Made by a program: the position numbers and the translations under genes. Positions 13,376 to 25,030 of a stretch of DNA of 64,000 bases are shown piece after piece; the stretch's first letter is position 1, and each line of letters starts with the position of its first letter. This stretch comes from Octopus vulgaris. Its lineage: Eukaryota. The notes beneath the pieces are model-generated. The model ran no database searches. It saw only the letters and a program-made list of their open reading frames with translations, and was not told the origin of the DNA. Location of the stretch: NCBI GenBank assembly GCA_951406725.2, contig OX597815.1:164858001-164922000 (forward strand). Direction: 5' to 3'.

Positions 13376-13950
13376 GTAAGTCTGCTCTGTAATATTGTCA
13401 CAGAAGACAAATTTTCTTTACAAAGGCATTTGTGGATTCATTTATCTTGTAACAGTTTTGGAAATGAAATTTGAAATTTAGACTATTTGAATCATTTTTC
13501 AGAAAATAAAGCTTTTAATTATCACAAGTTTGGGTATTTTCACACTCAGTTTGAATATTTTTGCAGTAATTATGAAATTAGCTAAATATTAGCAGTATAG
13601 TTCATTATTCCTATCATCGATGTCATTTAATGTGCATTTTGTTTACATGTTTATATCCATCCTTTTTGGATTACATTTAATTTAATGCAACTTTTTGATA
13701 TAAAAAGGGTCCCCCTGTCTGTCCCAGGAGGTGGTGCCTTGGCATAACTGCAGTCCAAAGGAAACAAATATATGTGTGTGGAGGGTGTAAATGATCATAT
13801 CTCTCATTAAATCTCATGTTGATTTACATTTACAGTCATTTCTCTTAACTATTTACTTCTGTTTGATTGAGCAGTATAACCACTTTATCTAATCATGGTA
13901 TTTATGTATTTTTCTTTTATTTTCTTTTTTTTACCATTCCAATATTTAAG

Positions 13951-14069
13951 GTGTATGTCCGAAGAGCCTATACTGCTTATGAACTTGTGTGTTTGCGTCA
14001 TGATCAACTCTTGAATAGTCTCTGTGTTGTTGAATTCAAGTTTCTTTTGCCGACATCTCACCCCAACAG
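13951..14069 (+). CDS. ACC: ACC exon ending at the central regulatory loop
   Basis: [12 protein letters not shown]...FLLPTSHPN(R); taag/gtacgt, phase 2. Confidence 0.94.
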
Positions 14070-15576
14070 GTACGTTTTTCACAAATTCACAATAAATATC
14101 TTAATTACCTTCATGATAATATTAATGTCGCTGTAGCAGCTGAGCAGCAGGAATGGTATAGTGCCTGACTAAATGCCTTGCAATATTCTGCAATATCTGG
14201 GCAAAATGCTTAGCAAGCATTTCATCTGTCTTAATGTTCTGAGTTCAAATTCTGCTATGGTCAGCTTTGCTTTTCATCCTTTTGGGGGTCAATAAAGTAA
14301 GTACTGGTTGGGCACTGGGGTCAGTGTAAACAACTTACCCTCTCCCCTGTGCAAAAATTTGAGACCAATATTTTGTTACTTTTCCTTCACATCTTACTGG
14401 AGTTGAATTTTTCTTTTCATATTTCCAGATGGTTACTATAAGTGCCATTCACAATTGGCTATATTTTTCCACAAAATTTGTGGTTTTGGTTTGAAGATAG
14501 AAATATTATTTTTTATTATTATTATTATGATGGTTATTGTTGTTTCACTAAATTTTGGGAAGCTTGTATTTTTGGTTCCCAATGAGAAATGCTTCATTTA
14601 TATCATTAGCTAATGATGTTGAACACGTCATTTCCATTTCTCTTCCCAAATAGATGTGAAACATTTAGTTGTATAAAGAGATGTATATTTATTTATTTTT
14701 TTCATGCATTTAGAAAATGTTTGCTGCTACAAATATTGATTTTTCTATATGATTGTCAAATAAACTTAGCATTTAATTTGATTTAATTTAAGCTTCTCTT
14801 CACATTTTCTAATGTTATTTCTAGTCCTGTAGCTGCCAAGTGTCTATTATATGGAGTAATCCTCTGTCAGTCTGTCTTTAAATACTGTTTTGTGGATGTA
14901 TTCATTGTACGCTGCTGTTACTGTTGTCATCTTTCTGGTTCAGCTATAGGCTTCATCAGTTCTTTTTCTTTTACCTCTATTGAAGCAAGGCTACTGAATA
15001 TCTCAATATTGTTCCTGCATGTTTATTCCTTTAGTAGTAGTGTTACTACTATTTATTTTTGTTCATAAGTTCTTTGATTTCTCTTTAACAAACTTGATAC
15101 AAGCTGTCATTAGTCCTCTTTGCTAACTCATGTATCTCATATGTATCTCATATTAAATCTGTACTGCTGATAATAGTGGAACAAAGGAGATCTACATTCC
15201 AGGTCGCGCAAAAAGTGCTCTAGCCATTATCAGTATAACATAGACACAATATTTCTTATTATAATTTTATCTAATTTAGGATCATTATTTAATTCTCCTA
15301 TCATATTATTTTGTTTTAATATTATCATGTTTTGGTTGGTTAAAAAAAAAAAGAAAAGTCATTATGATGGAAATATTTAATGAAACTTCTAATATAAAAC
15401 AAAGCCCATTGCTTTTTTAGATGTCTTCGGTTCCCAGTTCCAAACTTACAACTCAAAATTAAAATACGAAGCCAATATATTTTCAACCATATTAACATTT
15501 TCATCATTAATTATGATTTATGTATGTATTTTATTTTATTTGTTTTCTTTTTTTGTTTGATCCTATTGACTTTCAG

Positions 15577-15591
15577 GTTGATTCATCCTGG
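15577..15591 (+). CDS. ACC: Candidate ACC alternative microexon, 15 nt
   Basis: Long pyrimidine tract, tttcag|GTTGATTCATCCTGG|gtaagt; symmetric phase 2, reads R-LIHP-G. Confidence 0.6.
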
Positions 15592-16625
15592 GTAAGTGAT
15601 TTCCTCTGCCTCCCTCATCTATCCTATTGCTTTAGCTTTGATATATTTGAAAGAGCAGACCAGTGCATTTACTCACATGAAAGGCTGTCCTCAATGAAAC
15701 TATAAATTTCTTTGTTGTCTAGTTGTATATTGATACAAAAGGGAGAGAGATCTAAAGGAGATAAGGGTAAAAGGATAAGAAAAATTATTTTCACTTCATA
15801 CTTTTATACATTAATTGCTGTTGTGGAAGTCCTAAAGAAATGTTAGTCATATTAAGAAATCCAATAGGACAACAGTGACAGAAACAGTGGAATGCCAGAT
15901 TCGGTGTTTTGTTATGTCTCTTACATTCTTAGTTCAAATTCTACTGAAATCAACTTCACTTTCCATTCCTCTGTAGTTGATAAATTAAGTACCAGGGGTA
16001 TATTTAGATTAATTCAATAACTATACCTGTTTTTATTGTAAATTTTTGGTTGACAATTTGCGAAGCAGCATTGGGAGATGAAATTTTAAAAAAATGAATT
16101 AAAAGTGTAAGTTAATATGTCTTTCAGTAGAGATATTTTGTGGAAAAGTTTTACTTTAAGAATAATTCTGATACTGAAAGAGAGAGAGCGAGAGAGATGA
16201 CATTTTTGTTATTTATTTCTCAGAAAGGATAAGCCTTTAACTTGTGCACGGGGTAATTCTTCATCATATTCTCTTACGCATGCCTGGTTTTCAAAATATA
16301 TTTCTCTTACCTAACTCTGCATCCTGTATGGTCTTTAACAAACTGGTTCTTAATTTCACACATGGCTACAGTTTTCTTTTCTATTCAATGCTACATTAGG
16401 TTTAAAAAGAAAAAAAAAAATTACTTAGCCCTCTGTTACTAAAAAAGAATCATATGTCTATAAAATGCCTATGAAATGTTAGTTATTTCCATTCTAATTG
16501 AATTTATACTGGAGAGATCAGCCAAGTTAAATTTTTTTTCTGAACACTTTCAAATTCAGACTGTTTAATAGCACGCAGTAATTTCTCTACAACAAAGTTT
16601 CTTAAAAATATATTTTCTTTTATAG

Positions 16626-16676
16626 CACAAATGATGTCTCTTCTCTCCCTTCTGTGCATTCACATCACCATGTTTT
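16626..16676 (+). CDS. ACC: Candidate ACC alternative exon, 51 nt
   Basis: ttttcttttatag|...|gtaaga; phase 2 symmetric and open: S-TNDVSSLPSVHSHHHV-L. Confidence 0.45.
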
Positions 16677-16914
16677 GTAAGAATAGTTGTGTTTTAAGTA
16701 ATAAAGTGGTGATAAATGTTATGAACTTGAATGATTTATTTTCTGATATGGTGGTTGAATTCTATTTTCTGGTTTGATTTGTTGAATTAGTTTAATGATG
16801 AGTTTTGTATTTCTTATCTGTTTGGGTTTTTGGTCAGTGTTGTTAAGATACAAAAAGAAGCTTCACATAAAACTTAGGAACTCTGATAAACATGAGGAAG
16901 ATACTAATTATATG

Positions 16915-17305
16915 GGATCTTTTCGGTTTGAACGGCAGTTTTTTCTAGCGGTGTCATATGAAATTGTCACCCATAATTATGACCCTAGTATCGATCTATT
17001 GCATTTCAATCTGTTTTAGGGTTAGGGGTGAGGGGAAGGGTATCTTTTTTTCTTCACAAATGTAAACAAGGGACATATTCATACGGCACAGAATGTTTTT
17101 TTTACCTCAATGGATGTCATTGATTGGTTGAAATTGCAGAAATTGAAGAAAAACAACAACAAATATCTTACAAACTATAGAATTTTCTCAATAAAGCCAA
17201 GAGAAAAAGATGTTTTATAAACACATTCTACCAGTATATGAAGTTTAAAATTTTTTAGTTACCTTGAAATTATGTTAAAAACTGCCATTCAAACTGAAAA
17301 GATCC
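16915..17305. mobile_element. MITE, Merlin-like
   Basis: TIR GGATCTTTTCRGTTTGAAYGGCAGTTTT; 8-bp near-TSD ATTATATG/ATTATATA; the superfamily call is inferred from GG termini plus 8-bp TSD. Confidence 0.75.
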
Positions 17306-18200
17306 ATTATATATGTTCACTTAAAGACTTATTCAACCAGTCGAATTAAATAAACCATCATGTGAAAGCTATAGTTACCATCAAAATAAATTATAATGTT
17401 TGACTCTGCTTTTCACATTGAATCTTTCCTTCAGTAAACATTCTGTTGTTAATCTTAAACTTGCTTTAAAATAATAACCTTACGTTAACATTTATCTTTA
17501 TGTATTTCATTTACGTTACTACAAATACATCAGAGCTTTAAACATCTGTCACATTTATTAAATGAGCTCATTGTAGACAGTAAAATAGGGATTGAATAAA
17601 AGTTGATCCCACTTTCATCATCATCATCAAAATGTGCGATACACTTTCTAAGTCCCCTCTTTCATTTTTTTTTTCTTGTGGCAATTCATCAAATATATAT
17701 ATATTGTTGCCTAATAGTATTTTGATGTGTTAGCAAATATTTTTGCCTAAACATATTACGCTATTAATGGCCAGTTGCTATGACATCCATACTACATTTG
17801 TCAGCATAGAAAAATAGATGTAGAATGGGGATGATGATAAGGCATGTATATGCAGACACATATGCATCTTTCTGAGATATCTTATTTCAGATTTAAAGTG
17901 TCATCGAATGGGGAAGTTCTATTTTTGCTGAAGTTGAACAATTGTATAAATGAAGTAATTTAATTTGAGAACATCAGCTACATCTCGCATTATGATACTA
18001 TCATTTTATCATCCCTACATTATCCACAAAACGTATCCGTGTGTGTGTGTGTGTGTGTGTGTTAGAAAAGGTCTTTCTGTTCATATGCTAAGCCAGCCTG
18101 TGGAGTGTATGCAGAAATAAATGCCGTGATGTTTTCTAAGACTAGTCTTAAGCTTAAGTACCCTATCACACTCTGATTACTTCAACCACTTTATCTATCC

Positions 18201-18550
18201 CAGTGGTTCTCAACCAGGGTCCATATGGCCCTTCAGGGTTCATATAAGAGGGGTTTGGGTCCACATAACAAAATAGTAAATTGGGGATCTACATTAGTAT
18301 TTTAAGAGCCCCTGAAAATTTTGCTTTAGGTATATTTATTGATATGTATTGCAAGAATCAGTTAGGTTCCTTTCTCTAACAGTTTACATATTACTACTTA
18401 CACAAGTTAATTTGTGAAACGTAAAATAGGAATTTTGAAAGAAGTTTCTATTAAAACTAGTTTTTAAACATTGAATGGCCAAGGGGACCACCAGCATAAA
18501 AATAGTAATCAAAGGGGTCCATAAATAAAAAGTTGTTGCAAACTCCAGAT
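18201..18550. mobile_element. Degenerate hAT-type MITE (related copy about 33243-33476)
   Basis: CAGTGGTTCTCAACC start and GGGGTCC subterminal repeats; right end degraded. Confidence 0.6.
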
Positions 18551-20032
18551 CTATCCATTTCTCTGCCAAATCTTTTGATGACACCATCCACCCCATCCAT
18601 CACTGCTACCTACTCAGAACTCTGTTCCTTGCTTTTGAGGAGTTGTAGCAATAGCAATGGAGAAGCTCATTCTATCATCATGTTTTTCAAAAAGATTTAC
18701 TGCAACTTAGGTATTATTTAAAAATGCATTTTGGCATCCTGCTCTGTGTGCATAATCATATAACTTCTGAATAGTTATTGTTGTTGTGGTTTACATTATA
18801 ATTGTTTGTTTCATAATGTATTAATATATTTACTCATACGTGCACGTATCGATATAGTAATGTAATCTAATGTATTTACAGTAATATTATTTCGATATCT
18901 ATAGTTTGAACTTTATATTTAGTATTTCATTTCTACATTTAACTACTGTTTTCTCCTCCTGTTCTAATTTAAATGCAGGTCACTGCATTTTGTTTTTAAA
19001 TGATTCTTTCATATTTAATCTTTCATCTCCCTCATAGTTTCAGGTGTATGTATAGCCAACGTTTCTCCTAAGGCATCATATTTGCATTAAAATTTATGTT
19101 AAAAGAAACCCCCCAGTTTTTTTCACCTTTATATTTAATCCCTGCTTTCTCTGAACCTTGTTCTTCTTGACGTAGCCCTGCTAACCTCACACCTTCTGTC
19201 CTTCAACCTCTAACATCTTTGGCATGAAACTCTGTTTCCATTTCTCACTAACTGTCGTCTCTGTCTTAAACATTGTCCTAACCTTCACCTGTTTTCATTC
19301 ATTTTTCATTCACTGTTGTGGCTGTTGAATAACTTCCTTCTTGAGAAGATTTATGTTCTGGTGGTACCTGATCAAATGTTATAGATCTAGTGAACCCTGG
19401 TTCAATCTACTCAAGTATTACTATAGACATTGTTTGTCAATGGTTGGCACAAGTGGGTGCATAGCTTCCCTACATGTCACCATATAGGCTATTGCTTTTG
19501 TATTTCTCTTTAGAATATTCAAAGATGGTCTAAAGCTCCTGTGGCCACGGAAAAGACTGGCAAAGTGGGCTTATTGTATGACAGCTTTTGTTTTTCTAGA
19601 GGTAGTTGGTGTAGAGTTTGGGGTCAGGTGAAACAGGTAAAATGGTTTGTATATATAATTTTCTGGATTTCTGGATAAAATGTGTGTGGCAATTATTTTA
19701 TGATAGTATTTTTTGAAATCTGAAATGTTACTGATAATATGAATAGTGTATGAGAAATATCTAGGTGAAGAAGAATCAGGTATAGTATACAAGAGAGAAG
19801 GTCACATTAATATGGGCATGTGAGATGTTTGGGAGATGACTGCTGCATAAGGGAGTGCTGACATAGAAAATTCTGGTGGTGGTGGGGGGACTAAGGAAGT
19901 GTTGTCATGAAGTGGTGAAGACTGAACTGAAGATGCTGCATTTTGCAGAACAGACAACAAAAGACCATACTGATTAGTGATGATCTGTCCAACCACAGCA
20001 AAACACACCTTGGTATGAGGGTAATATTTAGA

Positions 20033-20504
20033 GTACATTATTTACATTTGATAGATATTTGTCCTCGTCTTGTTTGTTGTTAACACAATGTTTCGGCTGA
20101 TATACCCTCCAGCCTTCATCAGGTGTCTTGAGGAAGATTCGAACCTGGGTTCTCATTCCTAAGGTATTTTTCAATGATGATGATGATGATAATGACGACG
20201 ACAACTTAGTTGTTGTTCAGGTCACTGTCTGGAATCAAACTTGGAATCTTGGGGTTAAGAGCATGGGCTACTAACCCCAAGATTCCGAGTTCGATTCCAG
20301 GCAGTGACCTGGATAATAATAATAACAACAACATCAAAAAATACCTTAGGAATGAGAACCCAGGTTCGAAATTTCCCCAAGACACCTGATGAAGGCAGGA
20401 GGGTATATCAACCAAAACGTTGTGTTAACAACAAACAAGATGAGGACAAAGATCTGTCAAATGTAAATAATATACATAATTCCTCATCTCTTAAATATAG
20501 AACT
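20033..20504 (+). mobile_element. tRNA-headed hammerhead-bearing short element with inverted 5' copy
   Basis: 12-bp TSD GTAATATTTAGA (20021-20032, 20505-20516); head-to-head copies. Confidence 0.85.
20082..20127 (-). ncRNA. Minimal type I hammerhead ribozyme motif (Penelope type); other copies at 3657-3702 (+), 20381-20426 (+), 36361-36406 (-)
   Basis: GACAC-CTGATGA-A-GGCTG-loop-CAGCC-GAAA-CATT-GTGTT; each copy carries at least one inactivating-looking change from consensus. Confidence 0.6.
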
Positions 20505-21405
20505 GTAATATTTAGAAGCTGAAATATTTTGTACCTGGCAAAGCCTAATATTAGCTACCCTCCTTACTCTGCATCATTCATCCCCATATTGTTCCCTCTT
20601 TTTGTTTGTCTCTTTATCACTCATAGCTCTCCATCACTCCACCACTTGTGTTGACATCATCCTCATCACTCCAGCTCCTTTGCCCTTCACTAGGCCTGTG
20701 TATATGACACAGCATCAGACCACCCTCAACTCCCTACCCAATATACCATCCCTCTCTTCCTTTCCCTCTCTGCTTGGCCACTTCTGTTACCACCTGTCAT
20801 TTACCTTTACCTCTGTCTCATCACTCATGTTAACCTTTGTCCACTTCTGCCACTGTCAGTCACCCTGCCCCCTCCAATAACCCTGCCTTTGCATCATGCT
20901 CTTGGTTCTTTTATCTACCCATTCTGGTCTGTCCGATGTCATTGTTCTCTCTTCTCTTCCCATCTTCACTCTCTATCACAAATGTACACACCCTAAGTTA
21001 TGGAGTACTTCTCAATTATACTCTTACCCCATTCCCACCTCTCAGCCATTGTTTCTGGTCTTTCTATTGTCATTGCCCCCCTCCCCCCATTCCCTCATGG
21101 CTTGGGTTACTAAGTGTTCTCTGTCTTTACTGTGTATTCTTGAGTTCGTGGAATCATGCTGGACAAAATGCTTAGCTGGTTTTTCTTCTGGCTTTACATT
21201 CTGAGTTCAAATACTACCGAGGTCAACTTTCACTTTCATCCTTTTGGGGTCCATTAAGTACTAGTTGAGTACTGGGCTTGGTGTGATTGACTAACCCATT
21301 TCCCCCAACATTTTAGGCCTTGTGCTTATAATAGAAAAGATACCTAATGCAAAAACGTGTGCATCATTCTTACCTCTTGGTTTAATAGTTGGTATTTAGT
21401 CATAG

Positions 21406-21635
21406 GCGTCGAGCTGGCAGAAACATTAGCACGCCGGGAGAAATGCTTAGCGGTATTTCATCTGCCGTTACATTGTGAGTTCAAATTCTGCCAAGGTTGA
21501 CTTTGCCTTTCATCCTTTCGGAGTCGATAAATTAAGTACCAGTTACGCACTGGGGTCGATGTAATTGACTTAATACCTATGTCTGTCCTTGTTTGTCCCC
21601 TCTGTGTTTAGCCCCTTGTGGGTAATAAAGAAATA
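21406..21635 (+). mobile_element. SINE family GGCGGCGAGCTGGCAGAA (others about 23588, 23942, 26873, 31110, 46222, 63610 -, 63875)
   Basis: 15-bp TSD GGTATTTAGTCATAG; conserved GCCTTTCATCCTTTCGGGGTCGATAAATTAAGTACC core. Confidence 0.88.
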
Positions 21636-22113
21636 GGTATTTAGTCATAGAATTGTTGCAAATATCTAGATTTAGAGAGCTATCGAATACCTGATATTGT
21701 CATATGTACACAAACACATGTATCAATTTATTATTGAATATATATTTATAGTTTATTCATAACCTATCACCTTTCAACATGATACAGTGCTGTCTCACCT
21801 TCCTAGATGATATTTATCCCCTGTGCATCCTTATTCTGTTTTGACTTTGCCCAGTTTTGTAGCCTCTATTACCCACTTTGTACCACTTTCTTTCCCAGCA
21901 TGCACCTTCCTTTCAGATGTTATTTCTTACATGTTCTTTTATCTTTGTTGTATATGTCAGTGGGTGGTGGAGGTGATGGGACATTGATGCTCTGCTGATG
22001 AACTCATCTCTTAAGCATTCTTTCACTTTAACCAGGTTCTTGTAGCCATGTTCAAGTTCCTGCATATGCACAAGCCATCTTTTATTTAGTTTCATGTCAT
22101 AAGTTTCATAGTA

Positions 22114-22370
22114 TTGGGTTGGTGAATAACTATTGTGGCCTTTTTTTTTTTAGCACATTTTATTCAACAAAAACAATAACAATATTTAACAAAAACGTCT
22201 TTAAATGACGGTTTGACCATCTGCCAAGCAAATGAGAAGCAGCAATTGAAATAGATGGTGAATATGCTCCAGAATAATCATTTAAAGAAGTTTTTGTTAC
22301 ATGTTGTTATTGTTTTTGTTGAATAAAATTTGTTGAAAAAAAGGCCGCAATAATTTTTGCACCAACCCAA
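22114..22370. mobile_element. Mariner-type MITE with long TIRs
   Basis: TA-TTGGGTTGGTG...CACCAACCCAA-TA; inverted similarity extends about 90 bp. Confidence 0.85.
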
Positions 22371-24895
22371 TAATATTGTCACATGTTGTTTATAACTGAA
22401 TTGATTTACAAAGAACAAGGAAGACTATTCTTTATACTTGTTTCAGTCACTGGACTGCAGCCATGATGGCCTCTATCTTGAAGGGTTTTTAGTTGGAGAA
22501 TTTGACCCCGGTCTCTCTTTTTGAAGTCCAGTCATTATTCTATTGGTCTCTTTCTGCTCACACCAGTTGCTGAGGGGCAAACACAGCCACAAAGTCTTTG
22601 CTGTGTATGCCCCCCCGCCCAACATTGCTTGACAACTGATGCTGGTATGTTTACGTCCATGTAACTTAACGGTTTGGCAAAAAAGACCGATAGAATAAGT
22701 ACTAGGCTTACAAAGAATAAGGTCTATGGTTGATTTGCTCGACTAAAGGCGGTGTTCCAGCATGGCCGCAGTCAAATGACTGAAACAAGTAAAAGAATAA
22801 AAGAATATATATATATGTATATGTGTGTGTCTGTATTTGTCCCCCCTGATGTTGGTGTGTTTACATCCCCATAACTTAGCAGTTTGGCAAATGAGAACAA
22901 CAGAATAAGTGCTTGGCTTTAAAAATCCTTCAGTGCTCCAGCATGGCACCAGTCAAATGACTGAAACAAATAAAACAGGAGTGGCTGTGTGGTAAGTAGC
23001 TTGCTTACCAACCATATGGTTCCAGGTTCAGTCTCCCTGTGTGGCACCTTGGGCAAGTGTCTTCCATTATAGCCTTGGGCCAACCAAAGCCTTGTGAGTG
23101 GATTTGGTAGATGAAAACTGAAAGAAGCCTGTCATAATATATATGTGTGTGTGTGTATGTTTGTGTTTCTGTGCTTGTCTCCCCAACATTGCTTGACAAC
23201 TGATACTGGTGCCTTTATGTCCCTGTAACTTAGCAGTTTGGCAAAAGAGACCGATCAAATAAGTACTAGGTTTACAAAGAATAAGTCCTGGAGTCTTATG
23301 ATCACGTAGAACTCAAAGTGAAATAAAACAACATTGAAGGCTTCAAGTTAGCTGGATACTGTAGATAATCCAAGTACTAAATCCAAAGTATAACCCTAGA
23401 TTCAGTTCACTAGTGGGTCCTTGGTGAGGCATAGGTATAAAAATGTCATTTGTGTTTAGTTTATATTCCACCAGGTGGACAAATTCAAATGAGCTGTCTG
23501 GCCACTTAAAATAAAGAACTCAAAGATAAGTTTAAGAGTGAATAAACATTTAATCCGTAAGCATTAGTTTGGCTAAATATATTTAAAAGGCGGCGAACTG
23601 GCAGAAACGTTAGCATGATCGGGCAAAATGCTTAGCGGTATTTCGTCTGCCGTTACATTCTGAGTTCAAATTCCGCCGAGGTTGACTTTGCCTTTCATCC
23701 TTTTGGGGTCGATAAATTAAGTACCAGTTACGCACTGGGGTTGATATAATCGACTTAATCCGTTTGTCCTCTCTGTGTTTAGCCCCTTGTGGGTAATAAA
23801 GAAATATAAATATATTTTCTTTCATCTATGGCTCTTGAGGAACTCTTTGTTGCTAAATAAAATGTATTGTACTGTTGTTAATTCATATTGAAAGTTGACA
23901 TTTATAACAATCCTATAAGAAAATTACAAGACATTACAAGTTGGCGAGCTGGCAGAATCATTGGTGCTCCAAGCAAAATGCTTAGCAGCATTTTGTTCAT
24001 CTTTACACTCTGAGTTTAAATACCACTGGGGGTCAACTTTACCCTTCATCATCTTGGGGTTGATAAAATAAGTACCATTTGAACACTGTGGTTAATCTAC
24101 TCAACTTACCCTCTCCCTTGAAACTGCTGGCCTTGTGCCAAAATTTGAAACTGATATTACTAGACGTGTCATCTCTTGACCTAGGAGTTGTATTTAGTTT
24201 GAGGTGGGGGAAGAGTGATGTTCTTGATGTTTCCAGAATATTCCTAAGTTGATGGTGAAGAGGCACAGTGCTTGGTAATGTTCATGAATTTTTGAATGTC
24301 GGTTATTTGTGTGTGTGTGTAAGGGTAAACTTAAATAAAGGTAGGGGTTTCAGATGGCTTCAGTTATAGGGATTCAGGATTTGGCAAAGTGCTTAGGACA
24401 GAGTCGAGAGATATGAAGTCCATTCAGGACGACAGGAAGAGGTATGAGAGATGATATTTAGGCATTAAGTTTTGGCAAGCAGTGTCTTATGTTGCTATTG
24501 ATAATACAGAGAGAAGGAAGATGAAGTACATTTTGTTTCTGAAGTTTAACGAAGAAGAAGATGTAGTGTCTGTGACTACACTGAAGAATTTGATAAGTAG
24601 TGCTGCGCTTGATTGATAGGTTGGCAAAATATTTTGTTTTTTTTCTTCTTCTCTTTGAAGCAATAAAACTCAAACTATACCCAATGTGAGTTAAATATTA
24701 TTAGAAGGCTCTACAAATGTGTGTAACATATAGAACTATCTTAATTACCATCATTGACAGTGTCTGTTTTAAAAATATGGCTTTTTCATTGAAACACTAT
24801 AAAGGATCAACCTGTTGGAGAATGCTAGTCGGAGTTCTTGTGTTGAAGAGTATTCTAATGGATTTTTTTCTTATTTATATATTTTTCTTTTCCAG

Positions 24896-25030
24896 ATTGA
24901 TGGTAATGCGGTTTGATGGCGGCATAGCAAAAGATGATATAAAACAGCAATGGGATCATAATGAATCTTCCATGCTCACTGAGAGGATGGGTATTGTTGC
25001 TGCTTTCTCATCATTTGCAGAACTCAGAGA
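24896..25030 (+). CDS. ACC: ACC exon
   Basis: LMVMRFDGG...TERMGIVAAFSSFAELR; ccag/gtaagt; phase matches 14069. Confidence 0.9.

Noticed and set aside
14825-14839. 15-nt symmetric candidate (SPVAA)
   Set aside because: Donor AA|gtgtct too weak to support without reads.
15421-15429. 9-nt candidate after tgctttttttag
   Set aside because: Donor gttccc is very weak.
16224-16252. cag|...|gtaatt flanked 29-nt exon candidate
   Set aside because: Not a multiple of 3 and I found no compensating exon; at most a poison exon.
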